From Podospora anserina (lineage: Eukaryota): a DNA stretch of 64,000 bases. The notes below the pieces were generated by a model, which was given only the letters and a program-made list of their open reading frames with translations, was not told the DNA's origin and searched no databases. Below, one piece after another: positions 1 to 13,502 of the stretch. The first letter of the stretch is position 1, and each line of letters starts with the position of its first letter. The stretch spans positions 2,170,001-2,234,000 of the forward strand of contig CM030335.1 in the NCBI GenBank assembly GCA_017654855.1, given 5' to 3'. A program made the translations under genes and the position numbers.

Positions 1-1738
1 CCGTTCGTTTCAACTCGCCCCTGCACACTTCTCCAGCCTGGAAGTCCCCAATCCACGCAAGGATCCTCACCTGCGTGCCGAGCCACGTTATTTTCTTTTT
101 GCCATTATTTTTTGATCCTGAATCCTCACCCTCTCTCTCTCTCCCGCCGTCAGAACCTCTGTCACGGGATCTTGTTGATCTGATCTGTCTTTCCTCCTTC
201 TGTTCCATTCTCTCTCCCTTCACAAAAGGAACATCTCCCACATCTCATCTCGTCACATCAGATACGTCTTCAAACAAGATTCTCTGCGATCCCACACCTG
301 TCAAGCCACCTCACGGTACGTAACCAAGCAACCGCCCAACACACGGATCTCATAAACACCAGTGCTGAGGTGGAGGGGACGTGCTGCCACCAAACCGCAC
401 GACGCCTCAACCCACCGCCATTGTTTCCTCCTCTCGCCGGTGCTGGTGCTTCTGCTGGTGCTGGTGCTGGTGCTGGAGAGATGGGAGCATTGGTCTCTGG
501 TCGCGCTCGGCTTTTCTCCCACTTTTTCTTCTCTTGAACTCGACATGTTCAAGATGGCGATCCCATCTCGAGCTCCCCCCGTTGTACAAAACACCTCATC
601 TGTTGGATCATTTGGCTTTGCGTTACACTTCTTGTTGCGTTGTGATTTGAAGAAGCTGACAGCCGGTTGGCATACTGCAGGTCCGTTTGACGACGACTCC
701 CTCCCTCCGACGACTTACTTTTTTGTCCCTACCGCGCCATTGACGACTTATTTGAAGGCTGCGGACAGGCATCCGGCAGCTCTTTGGCATAGCGAGGGGG
801 TGAATTGTGACTGGTCATCGCAAATTCAGGCGAGATTCTGACATCAAGGTGCCAATACCTTGCTCCGTACCTTAGCTGGGTGATTCAGATCGGGACCCAC
901 TGGAGCAAGGAGCGATAGACGTGGAATTTCTTTCCAACCAGACCGCAGTCCGCACCGCAGCTCTTTCCACAACAGAAATTTCCGTCGCGGCCGGCTGTAG
1001 ACCTTTTTTTTTTTTTGGTTTTTGTTTTCCCCTTCACACAACAAAAAACAAGAGCAGACCGGAATCCGAATCCTCCTGCCCGCGCCACATCCCATCCCAT
1101 CGTCGTGGTGCAGTTACCAGACAGTGGCGCAAGTCGAGCAGTCGAGCAGCAGTCGAGCGACGTAATCCCAACCGACCCCAAAGTTTAAGTCACTACCGCG
1201 TTGTGGCCAAGGCGCGTTTGCAGTTCCTCTGCTCAGCAACAAAAGCCCACACTTGAACCGTGCACCTGAACCGTGCCTTCACCACCCTCGCAAGCGACAT
1301 CAAGCGGCCATCACCAGCTGTCGGTGCCGCCATATATCGGGAATAAAGGCATCAAGATTCGTCTTTTTTGACGTGTCAGCCTCCGTCAGGCTCATCCTGA
1401 GGGATTCAACTGAGGTAAGAAAAATTCTGCACGAGCCGACCCCGCACGGTTTTTCCTCCAAAAATCCTTGTCCTCGCCGTTCCATCTCATGGCCTGCCGC
1501 CTACACCCGAACCTTTGTGCCCATCGTTTGATTCAACGTAACCTCTGTGGTCGCAGAGTAAATAAGAACCTACCCATGTCGTGGCTTGCCTATCGGAAAT
1601 CGCGCGTTTGTCGCGACCTCGTCTTCTTTGATAGGCAGCCTGGTCACCTGTTTCGAGTCGCCTCACCGCCTCTAGTTCGTCGCGAGTTTTGCTGACCATT
1701 AAAGCTAGACTCTTGACCCTTGAACCCACAGGGCAAAC

Positions 1739-3281
1739 ATGTCACAATCTCCATCAGCCTCTGGTGCGATGGGAATTGGCAGTGTGCTGAACAATAAAGG
1801 TGCCGCCGCCGCCCAAGCTCTCCAACAAGCCGGAGCCATGCCTGTCGACCAGCAAGTCCAGCAGCAGCTTCAGCAGCAAGTTCAACAGGTCCAACAGGTC
1901 CAACAGCAAGTCCAGCAGCAGGCCCAACAGGTCCAGCAGGCTCAACAGCTTCAACAGGCCCAGCAACCGCTTCAACAAGTTCAGCAGCAGCAGCAACACC
2001 AACAAGGTCAGACCATTCCACAGCAGGTTCCCATGAACAGACCAAACTCGCCGCATGGTTCCGAGAATTCGGGATACACATATCCCTCCCCAACCGCGAT
2101 CGGGGGCGCGCCATTGCCGCCCGCGAACATGGCCCCTGCGCCCATGGGCATTCCCATGCAACAAACCATGCAGCAGCCCATGCCACAGTCCATGATTCCT
2201 GTCATGCACCCCGGGTTCAAGACCGAACCTACTCCCGCTCCTCAGCAACCGCCCCCAAAGGCGTACCCCTGCCAGACGTGTGGGAAGGGCTTTGCCAGGC
2301 GGAGCGATCTTGCGCGCCATGGTGAGTAACAACCCATGTGAGTTGAGACGAGGCTTGCTTACTGACGATGTTTGAACAGAGCGCATCCACAGCGGAATCC
2401 GTCCCCACGTTTGCGATTACCCGGGATGTGGGAAACAGTTCATCCAGCGATCTGCCCTGACCGTCCACCAACGTGTGCATACCGGCGAGAAACCCCACCA
2501 GTGCGAGCGTTGCGGAAAGCCCTTCAGTGACAGCAGCTCTCTCGCGCGTCATCGTCGAATTCACTCGGGGAAGCGGCCATACAAGTGCCCTTATGTTGAC
2601 TGCCAAAAGACCTTTACGCGCCGTACAACCTTGACCAGGCATCAGAACCACCACACCGGGACAGTGGAAGACTCGCAGCGGGCTCGCAACGAGGCTCTGG
2701 CGCAAGGCTCCAACACCGCCTTGGCCGCCGCTGCTATTAGGAACAAGCGCGGGGATAGCGAACAGGCGTCCAACCAGGAGTCGCCCATCACGACACCCTC
2801 TCCCGCTCAGCGTCCCATGTCCATGTCTCCCAACGAAGATCTCGCCAACATTAACAACATGCAGCAGTATCTGACCAACACCTCGCTCCCACCGCACATT
2901 CGTGGTGATGTCCACGGAGGAAGTCCCGTTTCTACTGCCTCCTCTGGTTACAATAACGGGATGCGTCCCACCTCGCACCCAAGCGGCGGGTATGCTCCCC
3001 CCCCGCCTTTGGAGCCCAGTCTCGATCAGTTTCAGCAAGGCCCCGGTAGCGCGAGTGGCAGCCCTCACATTGGCAGTGTCGGCTGGGCTTCCCCCGGTCC
3101 TGTTGGGTCCCCTACCGAGAGCCACGGCCAGGGTGCGTCGGTCTATCCGGACCCCGAACCATCGTATCAGAACACGGCTCAGATGGGCCAGATATACTAT
3201 GCCAGCGCTGCGACACAGGGTCGTCGGCCCGGGAGCACGGAGCCAGGACAGCGGCCAAGTGAGATGTGGACGGGTCAGTAG
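1739..3281 (+). CDS. C2H2 zinc-finger transcription factor with Q-rich N-terminus (exons 1739-2321, 2380-3281)
   Basis: Four tandem C2H2 fingers with HTGEKP/HSGKRP linkers once intron 2322-2379 (GTGAGT...CTGAC...CAG) is removed. Poly-Q/QQVQQ tract at ~1850-2010. An acceptor-like CTGAC...CAG ending at 1731 suggests an upstream intron. Confidence 0.9.
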
Positions 3282-4378
3282 GTCGAAGCCCACCACAATC
3301 CCACTCGACCGGATACCAGCTCGTCCGAGACCGCCTCCCCCGAGACTGCTTTTACCCCCTCCGCCTCGCTCTCGGAGCTCGATGCTTATTATGGGCATCC
3401 TGTCAAGGTGGAAACTGATGGGGACACCGGTGCGGGACTTGACCCGGCTCACTGGGACTATCAGTAACAGCCTGTTCTGAAGCGAGAGCTCAGGACTTTG
3501 GGCCTTGTGGATGACTACCAGACCGCTCGGCCCACCCTATCTCAACTCTACTGGCTCACGAGCCGTACCTAATAACTTGCCGACGTATATCTGGACTGGA
3601 TTGGCAAAATCTTCTTATACGGGTGTGCATGCGTCACGGGAGGGCTGGGAGGCTTATTATATCTCTGTGTGTTTTTATAATAAAGACGGTCAGGACCGGC
3701 GTGAACTACTTTAATCATAGCGGGCGGGCTTTATTCAACTGCTCTTCTTTTCGGCTTGCTTTGGGGTGGTTGGCACTTTTTCTTTTCTCTCTCTCGGGGA
3801 CCCATTAGGCAGGCCAGCAACAAACACAAGGTCGATCACGAATGCAACACAAAGTTTCTCTCTTTCTCCGTCGGTTTTTCTTCTTTCTTTTTTCTCTCTC
3901 GCTACTAGACTGGTATCACGAAATGGATTGGTTTGTCTTTTATTATTCTGTCAGTTTTATGGCGCTCAGTCATGTAGTTTTCTCCAGCGGAAAGGGGGAA
4001 AAGTCAAAATGGGGTGAGAAAGAAATGGTGTGTGTGTGTGTGGGTGGGTGGGTTTATTTATAGTGTGCAACGAACGCGGTAGCATGCGAATAAAATTGTG
4101 GGGTTTTGTTTTGAGGGTTGAATAGAGGTGTTTGATGATGTGCTGTGATGTGTGTTTATATGTGATTTTCCTGTGCCGTATTATCGGGCTCTTTTATGTG
4201 TCCAAAACATACTGCCTCGTGCTCGACCGGCAATGATATCGAAGCCTCTATCTCTCCCCTTTAGGTACTAATAAGCCAAACCCGAAACACCAAACCTCCC
4301 GTGTCCCATATACATGTGTATATATACATCTCGTCAAATCTACAATCTTCCCCCCCTTTTATGCTCGTCATACATGAT

Positions 4379-6975
4379 CTAGTACGTCTCTGGCAAGTCG
4401 GAAAAGCTAGGAATCTTGCTCAAATCGCAGTTGAACTCCCTCTCGTAGGCCTTTTGGGGCAGGACACCGGCCGCCATGCCCTTTTTGTAGCTCCATTGTG
4501 CTCTGTTTTTACTGTCAGTCAGCATCACCACCCCCTTTTCGTCCGAGAGAGAGAAGAAAAAAAAACTTACGCGTCCTCCGTATCCCAAACCCAATAAAAC
4601 CACCCCCACCCCTTTTCGAACGAATCCATCTGCGCCTCCGCAAACATTCTCAAAAACCTTTTGTACCCATCACTCCACCTCTCCGGACCCGCATTCGCCT
4701 CCTCACAGCTACACGTCCTGTCCAGCGCAGGACACCTCGGCCTCACGTCCTTCGGCCTCGTCCCCCCCGGCCCGAGTGTGCCAGTCCAGCGGTTCCCCCA
4801 ACCGACGTTTGTCAAATGCTTCGCGCAGTCAGTATCCGCCTGGCTCCACTCGGCCACGAGCGTAGGTCCAAACCCCGTCGATCTATCCATGCTCTCCCTC
4901 GTCTGCCGTGCCCACCCCTCGCACGCAAACCGTATCTTCTGGGAGTGGTTGTACGCGATCTGTTCTTCGTTAAAAATGACATATTGATGCACATCCAGTG
5001 CCGCGTTGGGGAGGGACTGAAGTTCGCCCTGCCAGTTCCCCAGCCCTCTGAACCCGTCCCCAAAGACGAGAATGACGTCCTCGGGGATGCCGTTTTTTCG
5101 GATCGTGGAACTGGCTTGGGCTGTCCACTCTAGCACGGCGGGAACGCTGAGCTCTGTCATCTTTGGCTCGTTGGCGAGGCCGTAGTGGGAGATTACATTG
5201 CGGTAGCGAGGCTGGGAGAAAAATCGACTGAGCCGGTCGTGGAATTCGAGGGATCGCCTCGCGTTGAGGTCGCCTTCTGTTCCGTTTAGCCAGTTGATTG
5301 CCCCCAACCGACCGGAGTGATTCCACCCGTTCTGCGACCCTGGTAGCCCGTGCGGGTCGAGGTTCACGCGCAGGCCGTACTTGCGGCAGTATTCGATCGC
5401 GCGGAGGAGATACCGCCAGCTGGTCCGGAAGAGGTAGGGGTCGCCTTCGTAAGTCTGGACTGCCCAGTAGGAAAAGGGGATGCGGACGTGGTCGAGCCCT
5501 GCGGCGGCGATGTCGCGGAAGGTGGACTCTGTCACGAAACTGGCGTAGTGGGCTTCCAGCACGGAAGCGCAGCGGGAGGCGAGGTAGGAGCAGAGGGTGT
5601 ACTCGTCTACGATGCCGAAGCGGGAGTCATAGTCAAAAAGGCTGGGGGTGATGAACGGCTCGAGTGACAGCCAGCCGCCTACGTTGACGCCTCGGGCGGG
5701 GCGTTTGGTGTAGTCGCCCCAGGGTTTGTTTAGCGGGGGGACCTTGTCGTTTGCGCGGGCGGAGTCGTCCCAGGAGGTGAACAGCCCCATGAGGGGGAGG
5801 TCGCCGACGGTTTCGGCTGTGTAGGTTAGGTTGAAGTCGTCGGTGGAGGCCCAGAGGAAGGGGTTGAGGTAGGAGGGGGCGTCTTTGGGGATGCTGTCGG
5901 GGGATATAGACCCCAGGTTACTCTTCCCACCGCCTCCTCCTCCTCCGCTGCCGTCGTCACGTTTGTTTTCGTCTTTGCCCGAGTTGGGGACCACCACCGC
6001 GGCAACGATGATGATGATGATCAAGAGGACGGTGCAAACTCCAATCAGCCACCAGAGCTTCTTCTTCTGCTTGTACCACGGCCGGGGCTTCCCTCTCCAA
6101 AGCTCAGATTCTGTTTCCTGGGGTTTCGCGCGGAGCATGCTGTCTTCACTGCTGACACCAAAGTTCATCCCCATAAACCCGCCGCCGCGGAGGCCAGAGC
6201 GGTGCGGTTTGCGGCTCTGGACATTTTCGATACCCTCTTCCAGCTGAGCCCCGCTGACGACTCGCCTCCCGCCTTTGGTGGTGCGGTCCCGCTCGTATCG
6301 TTCGCCGGAGGGTCCCGCTACGGTGATCACCTTGGGAGCCAGCCCCCCTCCTCCCCCATCAACCTTTTCGTACCCCTTCCGCCCCCTCCTCCTTTCCCGT
6401 TCAGGCGGCTCACCGCTCTCATAGCCTCCCTGCCTAACACTCTCATAACCAGCAGCTCTGCTCCTTTCCCTCGTCCTCGCTGCTCGCCTGGCAGCCCTCC
6501 TTGCCTCTCGCTCAGCATCCTCGCTGTCTTCCGGCGGCGCAAATCTTCCTTTCCCTCTCGACCTCTCCCACTCCAACGCCAAATCCCTCGCGTCTCTAAT
6601 TTCCGGTTCTGGTGCCGGGGTGCGTGATGACCTCCTCCTCTGCTCCGGCTGCCGCGAAGTAGGTCGCGATCGCGACTTTGCCTTGTCTTTCGCATTGGCT
6701 TTATTCAACTGCGCCAATGCCGCTGCTGATAGTCCCTGGGAGGAAGATGGCGCATCGGATTCATTTTCTCCTCCTGCCCCACGTGGCGTGCTGGTGGGTC
6801 GTCTACTTTGACTCCTGCGCTTGCGACGACGTTCCTCCCTTTCGGCGTCAGTTTCGCGATCTCGATCTCCATCTCGGTCGTGTTTGGCGGAGGAGCGGTT
6901 GCGGTGGTGTCCGTGGTGGGTGCTCCTGCGACGTTCCCCGCGGGCTTCGCGGTCGGTGGAGGGATCGCGGGGCAT
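4379..6975 (-). CDS. exgD: GH5 glucan 1,3-beta-glucosidase, ExgD-like type II membrane protein (intron 4503-4570)
   Basis: Charged low-complexity N-terminus, one TM helix (LWWLIGVCTVLLIIIIIVAAVVV), then GH5 motifs RGVNVGGWLSLEPFITPS, DHVRIP, HGLPGSQNGWNHSG, NEP and AEWS. The spliced C-terminus reads DAAQWSYKKG...CD. Confidence 0.9.
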
Positions 6976-7874
6976 TTTGCTGTGGTGGTGCTGGTGGTTA
7001 GGCGGTCAAGAAAATGACATTCCGGCACAGTGTGTACAGATTCAATTGGCGATGTTGGAATACAAACGAGACAAAAAGTAAACACATTTTTTTTTTTTTT
7101 TTTTTTCGCGCGCTGAAATGTGAAATCAGTTTCATGCCCAGGAGCCCAGCATCCAAAAAACCTGGCATCAGGATCCCACTGCGACTGGATGCGACGCTTG
7201 TGTGCGCTCCTCCCCAGCCCACATCCAAGGCGCAGCCCAGCCCGGCCCAGCCCAGCTTCCTAAACGCTAATTGTTGTAAGAATGGCTTGATAGTTGGCTG
7301 GGTAACCTTATCCTTGCTTGTCTACACAAAAGGGATTGGTTGAGTGAGGCTCCGCCTGGGCGCCAATGCTACGTCATTGGTTTACTTCTGAGAGATTGGA
7401 TCGCGTGTGAGCTCGATCGAATTGGGGGTCTTCCACCCCGATGGGAATCCAACTTCAGCGCGTCAATTGCCTCCAACCGGAGCTTTTTTGATAATCGGTC
7501 CAAATGATGATGCTCCAGTACCTGAGCGTGGGCCCTTGGGAAAACGGGCTAGCGTGCTGTCGAACACCCTCCAGTGCCTACCGGTACCTAAAGTGCCCTG
7601 CAGCGTGTGACGTCCGTGCGGCAGCTCCCCCCCCAAAAGGCGGGGACCCCGCGAAAAGGACAGGCCTGGTGGGCTGGGCGGTGGCAGCCAAAGCCGCCGC
7701 AAGCCGACACGCCCGTCATCCCTTCCACCTCCTCCTCCTCATGACCTCCTGTTTTACACAGATGGCTCTGTTGATTTGCATCTGTTCTCTCACAATGTGA
7801 CTGAGCTTATTCCCAACATAGTCCTCTCCATCTGTTTGTGTGTCTTTTTTGTTGATAAACTCGCCTAACCAACC

Positions 7875-9203
7875 ATGAGGGGCCCATCCGCCTTATCGCT
7901 ATCGCGGGCACTTACACGCCGCCCTCATCATCTTCATCATCATCATCATCGCGCGCTATTCACCACCCGCGGACAACGACAACAACAACTAGCCGCTCTC
8001 TTGACCTCTTCTCCTCTGAACACACCAAAAAGAACCTACTCAACCCATCCCCCAAACGCCAAACTCAACCTTCCCACCGATTACTCCACCACCCCCCTCC
8101 TCTGCCACACCACCACCACAGCCCTCACCAACCCCGAGCTCCCCCCCGAAACCCGCAACGGCACCACCAAGCGCATGAACCTCTTCCAAGCCGTCAACGA
8201 CGCCCTCGCCACCGCCCTCGCAGAAGACGAATCAGTCCTCATCTTTGGCGAGGACGTCGCCTTTGGGGGTGTCTTCCGCTGCACCGGCAAGCTCGCCGAG
8301 ACGTACGGCGCAGACCGCGTGTTCAACACCCCCTTGACAGAACAAGGAATCATGGGTTTCGCCATCGGGGCCGCGGCCGAGGGGATGAGGCCCGTGGCCG
8401 AGATTCAGTTTGCCGATTACGTCTACCCTGCTTTTGACCAGCTTGTCAACGAGGCGGCCAAGTACCGGTATCGCGACGGGGCGTGCGGGAGGAGCGCGGG
8501 GGGGTTGACGGTACGAATGCCTTGCGGAGGTGTGGGACATGGGGCGTTGTATCATTCCCAGAGTCCGGAAAGTTTGTTTACGCATATTCCTGGGTTGAGG
8601 GTGGTTATGCCGCGGTCGCCGTTGCAGGCAAAGGGGTTGTTGCTTGCGGCGATACGGAGCAATGATCCGGTTGTTTTTATGGAGCCAAAGATTTTGTACC
8701 GGGCGGCGGTGGAGCAGGTGCCTGCGGGGAGTTATGAGCTGCCGCTGTCGAAGGCGGAGGTGTTGAAGAAGGGGGATGATGTGACGGTTGTGAGTTATGG
8801 GCAGCCGTTGTACAAGTGCATGGCTGCGTTGGAGCAGGCGGAGAGGGATCTTGGGGTGGGGGTGGAGTTGATTGATTTGAGGACGATCTACCCTTGGGAT
8901 AAGGAGACGGTGCTCAAGAGCGTGAGGAAGACGGGACGGTGCGTGGTGGTGCACGAGGCGATGGTGAATGCGGGTGTGGGAGCCGAGGTGGCGGCGGTGA
9001 TTCAGGAGGATGCCGAGACGTTTGTGAGGTTGGAGGCGCCGGTTGTGAGGGTGGCTGGGTGGAGTATTCATACGCCGTTGTCGTACGAGCAGTTTAATGC
9101 TCCGGATGTTGCTAGTAAGTTGACTCTGACGAAGTTGAAAGAGGGAAGCTGACATTGTTACCTAGGGATATATGACAATATCAAGAAGGTGCTGGGGTTC
9201 TGA
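7875..9203 (+). CDS. Branched-chain alpha-keto acid dehydrogenase E1 beta subunit, mitochondrial (intron 9115-9165)
   Basis: Motifs GEDVAFGGVFRCT, FNTPLTEQGI, EIQFADY, GHGALYHSQSPE and ELIDLRTIYPWD. Arg-rich presequence. Confidence 0.95.
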
Positions 9204-9655
9204 GGTGGATATTGAGTCTGGAGGGTGAAGCATAGGGAGCAAGCGTGGCGTTGGGCGTGTGGCCATTGAAAGGCCGTGATGTGTATATATATCTGTGGTA
9301 GGTAGATCTAGAGGTCTTTGGTTAGTGACATACGACGACGAAGGAAAACCATGAAATAAAGTTTGGATATCAAAAGCATGGAGGGTCATCTCAAATGGAG
9401 CCTGCCACTTGTCTGGCGGCAGGCAACATCCCTGGTCTTGGCGGCCGGCGCATTTTCCACAGCGTGCCCCGCATCTTTGGGGTTTCATCAAACTGCCAGC
9501 CAGCAGTGCCAGCTTGCTTGCCCAGGGGCCCGCCGACTGACGACGACTTGCTTGCTTTCCATCATTTCGACTGCAGTAAAGCATTTGACGACGATTCTCG
9601 CCTGCAAGAGCTTCGTCTTTGGCCAAGCTTCGATTGGCGATTCACAGACACAGCC

Positions 9656-10806
9656 ATGTCCTCCAACACGGCTATCATCTCCTCCTTTGTGGAGGGAGCT
9701 CCGCCAGGAGAGGTGAGTACCTCGATGCCCAACCCGCCACGTCAGCTGTATTCCGTTGCTAACGATTGTGTTGGATACATGTAGCTCGCGAATGTTATCG
9801 AAGGCATGTCTTTTCTTCTGCACTCCTCTCTTGCTACAACCGGTCCCCGAACTCCCGATTCTACCGAAACGAGCGACACCTTCTGCCCTTGATCTACACC
9901 CATGTTGGTCCAGAACGACTCGACTAACTGTGCGAGTAGACATCAAAGCTATTACCGGTCCAGACCCCAACCTCATCAAGAACCTCTCTCCTGCGTTCCA
10001 AAAGTACAACGAAGAGCAGTTCATCACCGCGAAGCTCCCGGGTGGAAGCAGCCAGGTGATCATCAGCGAGTTTAGCGCGCTGGGGGAAGGGAGGTACTTT
10101 GATTCGGAGAGCCAGAGCTCGTTTGAGTTTGATCACTCGACGGGCAAGGCGGCGAATGTGCAGAGTCATGTTCTGGAGGGGGAGCAAGCCTCGTTGGTGT
10201 GAGTACTCCTGGGTTGGAGAGGGGAGGGGATGGGTGCTGATGTGTGGTGATGATTAGGAAATCAACCCTCAGCACTGTGGGCACCTACGTCAAGGAGCAC
10301 TACCCCAACGCTGCGTACGGGGCTTACCCGATCGAGAACGACACCAAGGTCGCGGTGGTGATTGTGGCTAATAAGTATAGTCCTCATAACTTTTGGTATG
10401 GCCCTCTCAGCCCCCCAATCCCCTTACGGCACGGCATGCTAACAGAAGGAATAGGAATGGCCGCTGGCGCTCGTTTTACATTTATGATCCCTCGTCAAAC
10501 TCCTTGGAGGGATCCATCAAGGTTGATGTGCACTATTATGAGGATGGAAACGTGAGGCTGCTGACGGACAAGAAGGTGAATGCTTCTGTGTCTGCCGGCC
10601 GGGCTGCGGATGGGATCGCGAGGGAGATTTCCACGGCGGAGAAGAAGTACCAGGAGGATCTGAACAGGAGTTTTACGCAGCTGAGTGAGGGGGCGTTTAA
10701 GGCGCTGAGGAGGCAGTTGCCGGTGACGAGGCAGAAGATTGAGTGGGACAAGGTGGCCAGTTATAGATTGGGGCAGGATATTGGGGGGGGTTCTGTGAGG
10801 AGATAG
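9656..10806 (+). CDS. cap1: F-actin capping protein alpha subunit (about 5 exons; introns 9713-9784, GC-AG 9804-9939, ~10199-10258, ~10396-10455)
   Basis: Spliced product FVEGAPPGELANVIEDIKAI...KYNEEQF...NKYSPHNFWNGRWRS...VDVHYYEDGNVRL...FKALRRQLPVTRQKIEWDK matches the CapZ-alpha family signature. Confidence 0.93.
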
Positions 10807-11803
10807 GGGTGTTGTTGATATGAGCGAGCGTGGTGCCTACAAGTGTCTAGAGCAATAATGTATGTCTCTTTGAAAGAGAACACATGTCGATATTCACATG
10901 AATGAGGGAAAGAGGAGGGGTCAAGATCAGACGGTTATCAAGGTGCATGTCCCCTCCCGAATGAGAAGGCCGGTAGGTGAGAGGGGGGTGGGGTTGTTGA
11001 AGGGAGCTCCCGCCCACTCTGCCCCGACATGATGCCCGATAAGCCCCGACTCAAGGCCGTTTCACTCGCAGATTTTCGGATAACGGTGACCGCCAGGCAT
11101 GCTCGCATCCAGATGCCGCAGCAGCTCGTGCATATTTATTATATGACCGATTGATCAGTTGCGGTTTTCAACAACCTGGGAGACTGGCCAAGTTTGCAGT
11201 GAAGAGCCCAGTTTTCGGCCCCAATTTTCCTTACTCGGGGTTTCGTGGATATCGTTGTTCCGAATCGAACGAGCCCGGGGTCCGGCGAATCAGAGGAGGC
11301 GTTGCATAATTTTGACCTCTTCCGATTGGCTGCTGAGGTATCTGAGGGGCTGTCAAGCGCAAATCTGTTTATGGTTCCCCCGTCCAGGGTTTCTGGGGAG
11401 CTGCCTGTTGTTGAAGCAAGGCCCAGTGGCACAGTGCCGTCTGTCGTGTCCGGTCTTGTTGAGAAACGTGGGAGATTTCTCCATAGCCGGAGCCGAGACT
11501 TTGGGACTTTTTCTTTCCCTTCTTCTTCTTCTTCTTCAACCCCCCCCTTTTTCCACCACACAAACACCGTCTCCGGACTACTGCCAGCCTCTATTGCTTT
11601 GCGTACTTGAGCCTCTCGTTTGTAAGTTTGCAACTGCCCCGGGGTCAATTGCACTTTCCCTGTGTTGCGCGACCGATTACCCCAAAGTGTGGCGCTTATC
11701 GGTGTATCTTTTGCTGACCGAAAGCTGTTCTTTTTTTTGGTACTTTTTGATAGAACACATCCACCACCGACAAATCAACCCAACCCACGCACGATCAGTC
11801 AAA

Positions 11804-12406
11804 ATGGCCCTCCAGGAGCTCACTTACCAGGATGTTGCTGAGCACAACACCAAGAAGGACCTCTATGTTGTGATCCACGATAAGATCTACGACATCACCA
11901 AGTTCGTTGATGAGCACCCGTAAGTTTTGACCCAAAGAGTAGATCGCGTCTTATCGAGATCGGACTCCGCTCTCCCCGCATGGACAGATGCAGGTTCCGC
12001 AAACAAGCACAGAATGGCTGACAATGGATGATATATAGTGGTGGCGAGGAGGTCCTTCTCGATGTTGCCGGTCAGGATTCCACCGAGGCTTTCGAGGATG
12101 TTGGTCACAGTGACGAGGCCCGCGAGGCTCTTGAGCCCCTTCTTGTCGGCACCCTGAAGCGCAACGTGAGTTTATACCCCTGTGCTCTTGTATCGGCGTG
12201 ATAACCCGAACTGGATTGCTCACGCGATTTTTCTACAGCCCGGCGACCCCAAGCCCAAGACTCCCCTCCCCGGTGCCGTCTCTCCTGCCGCCAACAACTC
12301 CAGCGCCGGTCTCGGCGTCGGTCTCTACGCCGTCGTCCTTCTCGGCGGTCTCGTTGCTTTCGGTGCCTACCAGTACCTCCAGCAACAACAGAACCAGCAG
12401 GCTTAA
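11804..12406 (+). CDS. cyb5: Cytochrome b5, tail-anchored (introns 11920-12038, 12166-12238)
   Basis: Heme-binding motifs HNTKKDLY...[33 protein letters not shown] and a C-terminal TM helix. Confidence 0.95.
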
Positions 12407-13502
12407 GCAACCACGGCCACGGAAAAAAATGGTTCAACACTGGGGGCGTTTTTTTTTTTTGTTTTTTTTTTGTTTTTTTTGCTGGGTTTGACATGACAAG
12501 ACACGAGACGGGAAAAGAATGGGGAGGTACAGGCAAGGAGTTTCAGGGTCAGGGTCTGGGATCCTTCCTTTGTGCCATTTGGGAGCGGGTGGGATGGGGG
12601 TCCACACCGCTTTCCAGCCGCTGCCCAACACACAAGAGGTCGAGATGCGATCCACATCCTGAAAGGGTGATGGTGGTGGTGGTGGTGGGGGGAGGAGCGT
12701 GGCATTGCATATCTTTGCAATAACACTCTGCTTTTTTCCCAGACCGGGATTCGATTCAACACGTACACAGGACACAAAACGAAATGTGAATGCGTTGGCG
12801 GGTTTCGTGGACGATGAATGATATACCGGGGTGTGTGATGTGTTATTATCTTTTCTATATTGCAAGCGAGAGGGGGTCAACAAGCAGGCAAGCAAGCTAT
12901 CTCTTTGGTGGTCTGGAGGCATTGCAATGCTGGCTGGAATTGGGCACATAGTTTAATAGACTGGTAATTTTGAATCTTTTGTTTCGTCTGATGTGTTGAG
13001 GCGTTGTTGGTTGAAACCCGTATATCGAGGCTGGGTTCGATAAGCGACGGTGGAATTTCACTCTGAAGTTTGACACATCTTGGCCTTTTGTTTTTTGCTT
13101 TTTGTTTTTGGATACATCTTGCAATCTAGGAGAGCTGTTTGAAGCAACAAGAGCATCGTTGTACTTGGAGTGAATATAATAGATAACCAGGAAATAAATT
13201 GTGGCCTGCTTCGTTCTGCCGGTTGGCTGTCTCCCTCCAGCTAGCAACCCCAAAGCGCCCGCCTGCCTGGCTCTCAGCCTCAATTCACTTTCAGCGCGGC
13301 CGCACCAAAAGTTTCCGCTTTACAACCCCGGTCGCCTCTTTTCAGCGCCGCAACCTCCGTCATTCTTTTTCGACCTCTTCTTCCTGCGACAAACTTAACC
13401 TTTGCAAAACCTCGACAACAAACCCCATCGCCACTCTCACAAATCAACCCACCAAACCGAACCCCCTCCCCGAGATAATTGCACAACAGCAGATCAATCA
13501 CC

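Noticed and set aside
362-841. ORF with a hydrophobic LVLVLV stretch
   Set aside because: The hydrophobicity comes from a (CTGGTG)n microsatellite, and the start is non-ATG.
2229-3452. 407-aa minus-strand ORF
   Set aside because: Antisense to the well-supported C2H2 gene; no domain.
11159-11803. Long N-terminal extension of cytochrome b5
   Set aside because: Non-ATG start; the family-typical start is the ATG at 11804 in good context.
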